From the IMG/VR virus record IMGVR_UViG_3300001097_000003, positions 1-64,000 of that record: a stretch of DNA of 64,000 bases, one strand, 5' to 3'. Positions 47,363-55,181 of the stretch are shown here, in pieces (position 1 is the stretch's first letter; every line of letters starts with the position of its first letter). Under the pieces are notes generated by a model. The model was not told the origin of the DNA. It ran no database searches and worked only from the letters and a program-made list of their open reading frames with translations. The position numbers were made by a program, and so were the translations under genes. The stretch comes from a virus.

Positions 47363-47729
47363 ATTTTATTTGTTTTAATTTCCAAATATACTTTGGATCA
47401 GCTGCATATTTAATTCGCTTTAAAAAAGAGTAGAAATTTTCATCTACTCTAAGTCTTGATTCAACTCTACGTTTATACGCTAGTATAGCTTCATCATAAG
47501 ATTCAAATATATGTTTACCAACTAAGAAACCAAATATATTATTATCTTGGACAGCTCTTCTAGATCTAAACCAATTACTTTCATGGATAGCTACTCTTAT
47601 AGCCCCATCTTTATTCTTTATCTCGTACTTATCTAATAGTTCATAGACTTCTTTAGTACTTATTTGTGCATTAACAGTATTTAATAAAACTATTAATAAT
47701 ACAAATAATATTTTCAGAAATTTTATCAA
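47346..47729 (-). CDS. secreted glucosaminidase/FlgJ-like peptidoglycan hydrolase candidate
   Basis: 127 aa. It has an N-terminal signal peptide (MIKFLKILFVLLIVLLNTVNA-Q). AIHESNWFRSRRAVQDNNIFGF resembles the E-S-G-W...NN-L-F-G core of LytD/FlgJ-type glucosaminidases. Confidence 0.5.
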   Translation of the reverse strand: MIKFLKILFVLLIVLLNTVNAQISTKEVYELLDKYEIKNKDGAIRVAIHESNWFRSRRAVQDNNIFGFLVGKHIFESYDEAILAYKRRVESRLRVDENFYSFLKRIKYAADPKYIWKLKQIKYDKKI

Positions 47730-47748
47730 TATTATTTCTCCTTATATT

Positions 47749-48132
47749 TTAATACTCATCTTCGTTTACAAAAAAACTATTATCATTAACTTCAATTACA
47801 ATACCTAATGATAAATTTTCAGATAATATTTTTTTTTGCTTTTTTACTCGATTTAAACATTGATCAAGTTTATATTTAATTCTTTTGTCTACTTGATTTT
47901 CTACATCTAACTTAATAGCTAATCCTTGGACATTTAATAATACATCACCCATTTCTTCAATAAGGTGATTAATTCTTTCATCAGAATTAGCTCCTTTAGG
48001 TTTAGTTATCTGTTTCATAACTAATTCACCTAATTCAAATAATTCTTCTGCTAATTTTTGATAACAGTATTCTAAAGTACTATTATCTACTACTTCTTTT
48101 ATTAATACTTTTTGCACTCTATCTTCTACCAT
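47749..48132 (-). CDS. MazG-like nucleotide pyrophosphohydrolase
   Basis: 127 aa with EELFELGE and LIEEMGDVLLNV, the E-x2-E...E-x2-D metal-binding helices typical of all-alpha NTP pyrophosphatases. Confidence 0.6.
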   Translation of the reverse strand: MVEDRVQKVLIKEVVDNSTLEYCYQKLAEELFELGELVMKQITKPKGANSDERINHLIEEMGDVLLNVQGLAIKLDVENQVDKRIKYKLDQCLNRVKKQKKILSENLSLGIVIEVNDNSFFVNEDEY

Positions 48133-48305
48133 TATTTTTCTTTATGTTTTTTAATAGCTTCTTCTAATATAGATAAATGGAGTTGTATTGGTCCATATTC
48201 ATCATCAGAACAATCAAATTGAATAAAATCACCTATTATTATTAAATGATATGATCTACCATAATTTGCTTCTCCTTCAACTACTATTGTTTTTTTCTTA
48301 CTCAT
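48132..48305 (-). CDS. small hypothetical protein (57 aa, shorter than any ORF listed in the supplied track)
   Basis: Its ATG at 48305-48303 overlaps the upstream stop (ATGA). Its TAA at 48134-48132 overlaps the MazG-like ATG (TAATG). Sequence: MSKKKTIVVEGEANYGRSYHLIIIGDFIQFDCSDDEYGPIQLHLSILEEAIKKHKEK. Confidence 0.5.
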   Translation of the reverse strand: MSKKKTIVVEGEANYGRSYHLIIIGDFIQFDCSDDEYGPIQLHLSILEEAIKKHKEK

Positions 48306-48988
48306 AATTCAAATACATTTCCACTATTGTTTATTTGTCCAAATCTACCATCAGTAACTATTGATCCATTAGAATATATAGTTTGATGATCAGATAATTT
48401 TGTATAACCTTGATTAGTAATATTATCACAGTTATGTATATGACCAAAACATACTAATTTTGGTTGTATAATTTTTAATCTCTTTTTAAGAGCTAAATCT
48501 CCACAAAATTCTAATGCGTTATCTCTATTATAAGAAAGATCTAGTATTCCTTTAGGAGGACCATGTGTAACGACTATATCTGCATTGTCTGGTATATTAT
48601 TCCAAACTTTATAAATATTTCCTCTGTCCTTATTAAAAGCCCATCCAGTGCCAAACGTAGGAGTGTAAGGACTACCATATATTTTAATACCTTCTATAAC
48701 AGCTTGTTGATCCCATAAATGGATTATATTATTATCTATAAAATCCCATTGAGTTATGATTTTTCTTTCTATAGAAGTATCATGATTACCAGCTACAAAT
48801 ATTTTATATTCTATATCTAAACTACCAAACCATTTTAAGAATTTTAATACCTCAATAGAATTTGGTAAACTTTCTCTAGGATTAGAACAATCACCAGAAA
48901 ATATGGCTATATCTGCTTTAGGTACTTTCATCATATCGTGAAATGTATGGGTATCAGAAAAATGCCATATAGTTTTATTTTTTTTCAT
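48302..48988 (-). CDS. calcineurin-like metallophosphoesterase (1 of 3)
   Basis: 228 aa with SDTHTFH, FSGDCSNP, AGNHDTS, VTHGPP and FGHIHN, the full D-x-H / G-D / G-N-H-D / H / G-H-x-H motif set. Confidence 0.8.
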   Translation of the reverse strand: MKKNKTIWHFSDTHTFHDMMKVPKADIAIFSGDCSNPRESLPNSIEVLKFLKWFGSLDIEYKIFVAGNHDTSIERKIITQWDFIDNNIIHLWDQQAVIEGIKIYGSPYTPTFGTGWAFNKDRGNIYKVWNNIPDNADIVVTHGPPKGILDLSYNRDNALEFCGDLALKKRLKIIQPKLVCFGHIHNCDNITNQGYTKLSDHQTIYSNGSIVTDGRFGQINNSGNVFEL

Positions 48989-49526
48989 AATTATAATGAT
49001 GATCTACATTTTGTATTTCTCGATTATTTAGTATTTTAAGTATATCATTTAATTCATAAGGATAGTAATCATTATTTCCTATAAATACATCCATTGATTT
49101 TCCATTAGGAGAATTTTCCAGACTATTATGAGAATGACCATATAGATGAATTGCTCCATGATGATGTTTATCCCATACTCTCATAGAGAAATGATTTAAT
49201 ATTATATCTTGACCATTAATGTGAATACGTTTTTGTTCACCAAGATATTCTCCATATTTTTCAAATATTTTTATGTGTTTATCTTTATCATGATTACCTT
49301 TTATAAAGAATTTCTTTCCATTTAATCTAGATAGATATTCTTCTAATTTACTAATATTGAAACAAAAGTCTCCTAGATAATAAAAATGATCTTCCTTAGA
49401 TACAATACAATTATGTTTTTGTATAATAACTTCTCCCATATGATAAACATCTTTAAAAGGTCTGTTATCATATCTGATTACATTATTATGCATAAAATGA
49501 TAATCTGTTGTGAAAAAATTCTTCAT
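48975..49526 (-). CDS. calcineurin-like metallophosphoesterase (2 of 3)
   Basis: 183 aa with TTDYHFMH, YLGDFCF, KGNHDKD and YGHSHN. Confidence 0.8.
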   Translation of the reverse strand: MKNFFTTDYHFMHNNVIRYDNRPFKDVYHMGEVIIQKHNCIVSKEDHFYYLGDFCFNISKLEEYLSRLNGKKFFIKGNHDKDKHIKIFEKYGEYLGEQKRIHINGQDIILNHFSMRVWDKHHHGAIHLYGHSHNSLENSPNGKSMDVFIGNNDYYPYELNDILKILNNREIQNVDHHYNYEKK

Positions 49527-49534
49527 ATTAATTA

Positions 49535-49786
49535 TTATTTTATATATTTTATTTTATAAGTAGAATATAGTGTTCTAAATTTTCCATTACCTAATATCAT
49601 AGTAACAGGTGATGTTCTAAAGTAATTACCAACCCAATAAGCTTCTCCTATTGTAGGAGGTACTAATTCAAATCCTTCTCTAACAGTTCCTTCTATTATA
49701 CCATTAGGATGGGAACCCTTAAAAGCATTATCGGCAGTTTTAGTTAATCTTACATTTTTTAATTTTATATTCTTTTTTTGTTTCAT
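49535..49786 (-). CDS. hypothetical protein
   Basis: 83-aa ORF. No motif recognised. Confidence 0.45.
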   Translation of the reverse strand: MKQKKNIKLKNVRLTKTADNAFKGSHPNGIIEGTVREGFELVPPTIGEAYWVGNYFRTSPVTMILGNGKFRTLYSTYKIKYIK

Positions 49787-49799
49787 AACGTTTATGTAA

Positions 49800-49822
49800 A
49801 AGGAGAGCTATTAACTCTCCTT
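49800..49822 (-). terminator. intergenic hairpin (AAGGAGAG-loop-CTCTCCTT)
   Basis: 8-bp perfect stem with a 7-nt loop, between the AP2-like gene and the next ORF. It shares the central AGCTATTAACT with the 46522 hairpin. Confidence 0.45.
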
Positions 49823-49832
49823 AATTTTATTA

Positions 49833-50093
49833 TTATTTTAAACTATCTATAAATTTAATCCTAGCTATATAAGCTTCTTCTGGAGTATTATAACTACCTA
49901 ATGAAATATTTAACATTCTATTATTATATGTTATATGGAATTGTGATTTATATGGTTTTCTACCCGGTCTATTATCACTATTTACTCCTTTATAACCTGT
50001 TTTAGAAGGTACTCCTCCATTTTGTACTCTACTAATTATTAATTCTTCTACTCTACTGTATTTGTTATCTTTTGTATTTCTCTTCTTCATCAT
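49833..50093 (-). CDS. stand-alone AP2-type DNA-binding domain protein
   Basis: 86 aa. GYKGVNSDNRPGRKPYKSQFHITYNNRMLNISLGSYNTPEEAYIARIKF follows the AP2 pattern (Y-x-G-V...LG-x-F/Y-x-T-x-EEA-x-x-A). Confidence 0.55.
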   Translation of the reverse strand: MMKKRNTKDNKYSRVEELIISRVQNGGVPSKTGYKGVNSDNRPGRKPYKSQFHITYNNRMLNISLGSYNTPEEAYIARIKFIDSLK

Positions 50094-50109
50094 CTGATCT
50101 TTCTTTTAA

Positions 50110-51000
50110 TTATAATTTCATTAATCTTAATATAGGTAATTCTCCGTTGTTTAATACAACACCAGCACTTATTACTGGTTTCTTAGGCATAGGTTTAGCA
50201 TAATCAAATGCATAAGCCTCTCTATCTACTCCACATCCTATCTGTAATCCAAATATAGCATCTTTTTCAGATACTGAATATTGTAGAAATGATTGACTAT
50301 GAAGATGACCTTGTACAGTACTCATACGAGATTCTTTAGCTCTTGTAAAAGCATTACCTACGCTACCGTGGATATATCTTACATTATCGTATATAAATTC
50401 ATGTCTAAATATCCATGATTTAGGTGCTTCTATAATCTCTCCAAAGTCTTTAATAAATCTTTGTGACAAACCTGCTGCTCGAGCTTTTCTAGCAACTAGT
50501 AAATCATGATTACCTAAAGTTACATCTGCTGTTGGAAATAACTCATAAGCTAGTTTTAATTGCTTAATAGAAGCTGTTAACTCATCTCCAACACTCATCC
50601 CATCAACATCATGTTCATGGAAACTCCATGCTCCAGAATCAATCACATCACCTATAAATACAACTTTATTACAGTTATATTCTTTTTCTAATTCTTTACA
50701 CCATTCTAAATATCCTTCTAATATCCAAGGTGCATGAAGATCACCAATAATTAACATATTGGTTTTACTCTTATTAATAACATTAACTGTCTTAATATCT
50801 TCAACATTAACAGGCTCGTACTTAAACTGTTGTCTAAGTTCCTGTACTATTTCTTTTATAAGAACTTGAGTACAATCAAACTTACTAGCAATAAAAGCAT
50901 ATCCTTTTTTAAGTACACCTGTACTAGATAAATAACCTTTATTGTTTAATAATTGATTCTTAATAAATTCTTTTTGTATATTTTCCTTACTCACTTTCAC
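50110..51000 (-). CDS. calcineurin-like metallophosphoesterase with N-terminal extension (3 of 3)
   Basis: 296 aa. An extension of about 90 aa is followed by IGDLHAPW, FIGDVIDS, LGNHDLL and QGHLHS. Confidence 0.75.
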   Translation of the reverse strand: MKVSKENIQKEFIKNQLLNNKGYLSSTGVLKKGYAFIASKFDCTQVLIKEIVQELRQQFKYEPVNVEDIKTVNVINKSKTNMLIIGDLHAPWILEGYLEWCKELEKEYNCNKVVFIGDVIDSGAWSFHEHDVDGMSVGDELTASIKQLKLAYELFPTADVTLGNHDLLVARKARAAGLSQRFIKDFGEIIEAPKSWIFRHEFIYDNVRYIHGSVGNAFTRAKESRMSTVQGHLHSQSFLQYSVSEKDAIFGLQIGCGVDREAYAFDYAKPMPKKPVISAGVVLNNGELPILRLMKL

Positions 51001-51364
51001 TAATTTCCCTTTCCTTTTCTATTATTTTCTGTTTAATCGAAGCCTCTTGCAATATAAGATAATTGATCATATCACCCATCTTTTCGTCTACATAAGACTT
51101 TTTTGGTAATTTATCATTTTTAATATCTTCTAACATATCAAGATAACTTATATAATGTTTTAGAAAAAAACTATGAAGTACTTCTTCTCTAGTTTTGTTT
51201 TCTAATTCTGCGCCTACATTAAAATTATGTAGTCTATCATTATTTCTTACATATTCTAATGCTTTCTTAGATAATATATCAACAGTGTGTTCAACTCTGA
51301 TGTTTATTACATTATCCATAAATTCATTAGTCATTACGAGTCTTTTTATTCTGCTGTTGCTCAT
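50987..51364 (-). CDS. hypothetical protein
   Basis: 125-aa ORF that overlaps both neighbours by a few codons. Confidence 0.45.
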   Translation of the reverse strand: MSNSRIKRLVMTNEFMDNVINIRVEHTVDILSKKALEYVRNNDRLHNFNVGAELENKTREEVLHSFFLKHYISYLDMLEDIKNDKLPKKSYVDEKMGDMINYLILQEASIKQKIIEKEREISESE

Positions 51365-51933
51365 ATATCCCTTTCCTCTGTTGATCTAATTTCTCTACTT
51401 AGATTTGTAATACTACAAACTTCAGCATCCATTGGTAGATCTTCACCAATCATATCTTCTATTATTTTCTTTAAATCTAAAGTTTTATATAATACTTTAT
51501 AAGTTGGACTATTTTGTATAGGTCTTGTTCTTATAAGTGATAATATTTGGTCTTTATATCTTTTAGAAAATCTAGAATAAGCTCCATCACAAAATAATTT
51601 ATAATCTAAATTAAAATGATCTGGTATATCAAATATATAAATATAACTTATATTACCGTCTATATCTTGGTCTCTATAGAATGAATTATAATAAGGTCTA
51701 TTTATTATGTTTTTGTCGTCTCTATACTTTAGATGGACAAATATTTTTTCATAATTGTATTCTGGTTTATTAACTATATCTCCTAAATAAGAATTAATTA
51801 AATTAGGATAATTACTATTAAGTCCAATCATAGGTAATATAAAATAAACTGATTTATTCCATTTACTTCTATCTACCTTATGAGGTATAATTACTTCTTC
51901 TTTTGTATTTCCAAGTGCGTTTTCATCAATCAT
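51361..51933 (-). CDS. hypothetical protein
   Basis: 190-aa ORF. No motif recognised. Confidence 0.45.
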   Translation of the reverse strand: MIDENALGNTKEEVIIPHKVDRSKWNKSVYFILPMIGLNSNYPNLINSYLGDIVNKPEYNYEKIFVHLKYRDDKNIINRPYYNSFYRDQDIDGNISYIYIFDIPDHFNLDYKLFCDGAYSRFSKRYKDQILSLIRTRPIQNSPTYKVLYKTLDLKKIIEDMIGEDLPMDAEVCSITNLSREIRSTEERDI

Positions 51934-52742
51934 TCAACACTTTGTTCCTTTCTGCTACTATTAAATATACTGTACTGTCTTACTTCTGGTATTATTAAAT
52001 TATCATCATGATCTAATATTTTAAGTAAATCATATTGTAAATCAAAATGTATACGACCTTCTTCTTCACCAAGTTTATTACAATAAGCTTTATATACTAT
52101 ATGTTCATATGTATCTTTATTATGCCTTGAAATTTCTAACATTTTTTTAAAGAAAGCTTTACCACAACCAGGTAATCCTTTAATATTATCTGCTGTGTCA
52201 CCTATTATCATGCTTTCCCAGAAATTATTATATGCTACATTTTTACTAGTATAATATACATTCAAATCTTTTGGATTAATATAAGTACCTTCAATACATT
52301 TTATTAAATCTTTATCACTAGTTACAATAATAGAATTATAGTTTTCTAATATGTTTCGTGTTATATTAACAGCATCGTCTGCCTCTATAAAATCACATAT
52401 ATTAAATCCCCATGTATTAATAAGATAATCTTTACATTCTTGCCAAAACTTAGGTTTAATAAGATTCTTTCTATTAGCTTTGTAATCAGGATATATATCG
52501 TATCTAAAACATCTTTTACCTCCAAGAAAACCTATATAGTTATATACATTAGCTTTGTTAAATATATTAACAATTATATCATCACAAGCTGTATAAACTT
52601 CTTCTAGTGTTTTTTCTGTATAGACAAATTTGTTATCTTCTCTTAGTGGATTACCCTCTAAGTCAAATACTTTATTACCTATAGTAGCATAATACAACAT
52701 GAAATCAGCATCAAATATCAGTAACGATTCCTTTGTTAGCAT
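51930..52742 (-). CDS. 5'-3' exonuclease / flap endonuclease (T4 RNase H-like)
   Basis: 270 aa with LLIFDADFMLY (PIN-like N-terminus), YPDYKANRK, IEADDAV, VTSDKDL and IIGDTADNIKGLPGCGKAFFKKM (H3TH motif). Confidence 0.85.
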   Translation of the reverse strand: MLTKESLLIFDADFMLYYATIGNKVFDLEGNPLREDNKFVYTEKTLEEVYTACDDIIVNIFNKANVYNYIGFLGGKRCFRYDIYPDYKANRKNLIKPKFWQECKDYLINTWGFNICDFIEADDAVNITRNILENYNSIIVTSDKDLIKCIEGTYINPKDLNVYYTSKNVAYNNFWESMIIGDTADNIKGLPGCGKAFFKKMLEISRHNKDTYEHIVYKAYCNKLGEEEGRIHFDLQYDLLKILDHDDNLIIPEVRQYSIFNSSRKEQSVE

Positions 52743-53337
52743 ATTTTCTTCCGTATATATTTATAATTAACTTCTGTTCTTCATCATCAGGTATTAAGAT
52801 AGTTTCTTCCTCATTTCTATTAATGACATAAGGATTATCATCTGTTAGTTTACCTAATTGTACAAAAGTGTCTTGTATTCCTTTTCTCCAAATCCACTTA
52901 TTATCATTATCTATATTATTCTTACCTTTGTCATGTACATAATATAATATTTCTAATGTTAATGGGAATTGATCTATATCCACTAATGGTGGTATATTTT
53001 TAATATAAGGTATGAAATAGTTATGTATAGCTTTAACCAGAGTAGCTCTAGCTTGTCTAGTTACATTACCATTATATATATCTTGTCCATTACCTTTCTT
53101 TAATCTAGGAGTTCCTGCTGATTTAGAATTAGCAACAAGTATTTCTCCACTATCTAAGTGAGCTAGAACATAATTTCTACCTTTTAATATCCATCCATAT
53201 CCTTCTCCAGAATACTTTATGGGTACTCTACATCTATCTTTTATATAAGGCTTACTTCTTCTAGCTTTAGATAGTTGTACATACTCACTAAAGTTATCTA
53301 TTGTAATACTTATTAATTTATCTTTTTCTTGACTCAT
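52711..53337 (-). CDS. RusA-like Holliday junction resolvase candidate
   Basis: 208 aa. LEILYYVHDKGKNNIDNDNKWIWRKGIQDTFVQLGKLTDDNPYV resembles the RusA core D-x-D-N...K...D-x-L...DD. Confidence 0.5.
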   Translation of the reverse strand: MSQEKDKLISITIDNFSEYVQLSKARRSKPYIKDRCRVPIKYSGEGYGWILKGRNYVLAHLDSGEILVANSKSAGTPRLKKGNGQDIYNGNVTRQARATLVKAIHNYFIPYIKNIPPLVDIDQFPLTLEILYYVHDKGKNNIDNDNKWIWRKGIQDTFVQLGKLTDDNPYVINRNEEETILIPDDEEQKLIINIYGRKYANKGIVTDI

Positions 53338-53341
53338 TCGT

Positions 53342-54292
53342 CTATATTAATTTATTCATTAATTCTTTACCTTCTTCAAGATTATAGCTCTTAACAAAAT
53401 CACTAATATCTTTTTCTTTATGTTCTAAAGGTATGTGTATATACGGTATATCTCTTTTATATGATAGTTTTTTAGCATAATTAATACCTGGTTCATCATT
53501 ATCATAAAATATATAACATATATCTTCTAAATTTGTATGTTGTGCTTCACTACTTAAAGCAATAGCATTATATCCTAATAATTTTAATACTATAACATCT
53601 TTTAATGAGGATGTAAGTATTAAATTCTCGGTACTTTTAAGCTGTTTTAAGCCTTGTATATCATCTGATTTTGTATTGCTAATCCATTTACCTTCCTTAT
53701 TAGGATTAAGTGGTCTATAGCCTTTAAAATGATCATCAATTATGTAACAATACATAGGGTTGAATTTGTAATATTGACCCCATAACATATATTGGTTATC
53801 TTTATTTATAATTTCTATTTTACTACAACTTCTAATTCCATAATCATAAGCTAAATCTAATGATATATAATATTGATTCCAATAATTATAATCTAATTTA
53901 TTAAAACTTTGATAAGAAGGAATAATTTGAGTTTCTACAAGTTCCTTTACTGGTATGGATTTCTTTTCTGTTAGAATAACGTTTGGACTGTTATCTAAAT
54001 TAAAATCTTTTGCTACTAATCGTAGCGTTTCACCAAACGATAAGTTATATAAGTCTTGTACAAAGTTAAATATTCCTCCTTGTTTACCACAACCAAAGCA
54101 TTTAAAATTTAGATTATTAAATCTTGATCTATAAAATCTTAAACTAGGACTTCTATCTTGATGAAAACAACAAGTAGTTGCTTTATTTTCATTAATAGAT
54201 CTTTCTAAATAAAATTCATATATATCTTTATCATTTACTCTATCTAATATCTCTTGTGCTGATAATGGTTTTTTATCAAAGTCTATTATCAT
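53342..54292 (-). CDS. DnaG-type DNA primase (CHC2 zinc finger plus TOPRIM)
   Basis: 316 aa with CCFHQDRSPSLRFY...FKCFGCGKQG (CHC2 finger) and a TOPRIM-like LILTSSLKDVIVL...YDNDEPG. Confidence 0.8.
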   Translation of the reverse strand: MIIDFDKKPLSAQEILDRVNDKDIYEFYLERSINENKATTCCFHQDRSPSLRFYRSRFNNLNFKCFGCGKQGGIFNFVQDLYNLSFGETLRLVAKDFNLDNSPNVILTEKKSIPVKELVETQIIPSYQSFNKLDYNYWNQYYISLDLAYDYGIRSCSKIEIINKDNQYMLWGQYYKFNPMYCYIIDDHFKGYRPLNPNKEGKWISNTKSDDIQGLKQLKSTENLILTSSLKDVIVLKLLGYNAIALSSEAQHTNLEDICYIFYDNDEPGINYAKKLSYKRDIPYIHIPLEHKEKDISDFVKSYNLEEGKELMNKLI

Positions 54293-54303
54293 AAGTTATA
54301 TTA

Positions 54304-54328
54304 AAAGTAGGAGAATTAATCTCCTACT
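54304..54328 (-). terminator. hairpin after the SSB-like gene
   Basis: AAGTAGGAGA-ATTAA-TCTCCTACTT, a 10-bp perfect stem. It lies 13 nt after the SSB-like stop and 11 nt before the primase ATG. Confidence 0.55.
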
Positions 54329-54341
54329 TATGTTTTATATA

Positions 54342-54890
54342 TTAAAACGGTAAATCATCATCCTGATCCTTAGAATTGCTATTTAAAGCATTAGACTGAG
54401 TATCTGTTTTATCTGTAATCCTAGGTTCTACATCTTTTCCTACCGGATTAACAAATCCAGCAAACCTCAACATAGGTCTAGTATTTACATATGTTTTACC
54501 ATCTTTTTCTTTTGTATAAGTCTCACCATCTACAATAACTGTTTGAGTTTTACCTACTAATTTAGCAGATAAGGCTGTTGCTACTTGAGTAGCTAGTTCC
54601 ATCCCGTCTCCGGTAAATCCTCCAGTCATTTTAGCTCCTGTAAATTTCTCTACAAGGTATTGTACTCTGGGTAGAGCACCAGCAGATAACCAGAATCTTT
54701 CGTTAAAAGAAGCATCTGCCTCTTTAGATTCAAACGTTACTGCTACTCCAGCATTTCCTGTACCTGCAACTATTGGTTCTACACCACTAATCATCAAAGT
54801 ATTAAGTCCTGGTTTTACTATTTTAAATGTTGATTCCTTAACTTCACTTGTTGCACTATCTACACTATCAAAATTTAAATTTGTTGTCAT
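54342..54890 (-). CDS. single-stranded DNA-binding protein candidate with bacterial SSB-type acidic tip
   Basis: 182 aa ending in ...SKDQDDDLPF (compare bacterial SSB DDDIPF). It lies between the recombinase and primase genes and is followed by a strong hairpin. The body is not recognisably a canonical OB-fold SSB by eye. Confidence 0.55.
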   Translation of the reverse strand: MTTNLNFDSVDSATSEVKESTFKIVKPGLNTLMISGVEPIVAGTGNAGVAVTFESKEADASFNERFWLSAGALPRVQYLVEKFTGAKMTGGFTGDGMELATQVATALSAKLVGKTQTVIVDGETYTKEKDGKTYVNTRPMLRFAGFVNPVGKDVEPRITDKTDTQSNALNSNSKDQDDDLPF

Positions 54891-54912
54891 ATTTTTCTCT
54901 TTCTTTTAATTA

Positions 54913-55041
54913 TTAATTATTATTTATTTTTCTAAATATACTTTTTATATATCCTGTTCTAACAGAAGTTAACTTAGCTATTAACCAAGGTTTGTTTTCT
55001 AAATGTTTATATTTAAAAACTTTTTTTTGTACTTCTGTCAT
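54913..55041 (-). CDS. small hypothetical protein (42 aa)
   Basis: ATG at 55041-55039 comes 3 nt after the exon-2 stop. Sequence: MTEVQKKVFKYKHLENKPWLIAKLTSVRTGYIKSIFRKINNN. Weak support. Confidence 0.3.
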   Translation of the reverse strand: MTEVQKKVFKYKHLENKPWLIAKLTSVRTGYIKSIFRKINNN

Positions 55042-55044
55042 TTA

Positions 55045-55181
55045 TTATACTACTACTATTGAATCACCATCTTCAGTTAATTGTACAACTGGAGCGTTGT
55101 GAGTAAATGATGAAAGTTCTTCCGTTGTATATAAACCTCCAATTAAATCAGGACACACCCGATTAGCACCTTTACTAAAAC
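55045..55181 (-). CDS. RecT/Redbeta-like single-strand annealing protein, exon 2
   Basis: Open frame with no start codon, encoding (C)FSKGANRVCPDLIGGLYTTEELSSFTHNAPVVQLTEDGDSIVVV*. It is in frame with exon 1 only after removal of 55182-56072. Confidence 0.65.

Noticed and set aside
51195-51502. Plus-strand ORFs 51195-51389 and 51287-51502.
   Set aside because: They are antisense to minus-strand genes that are well packed and translationally coupled.
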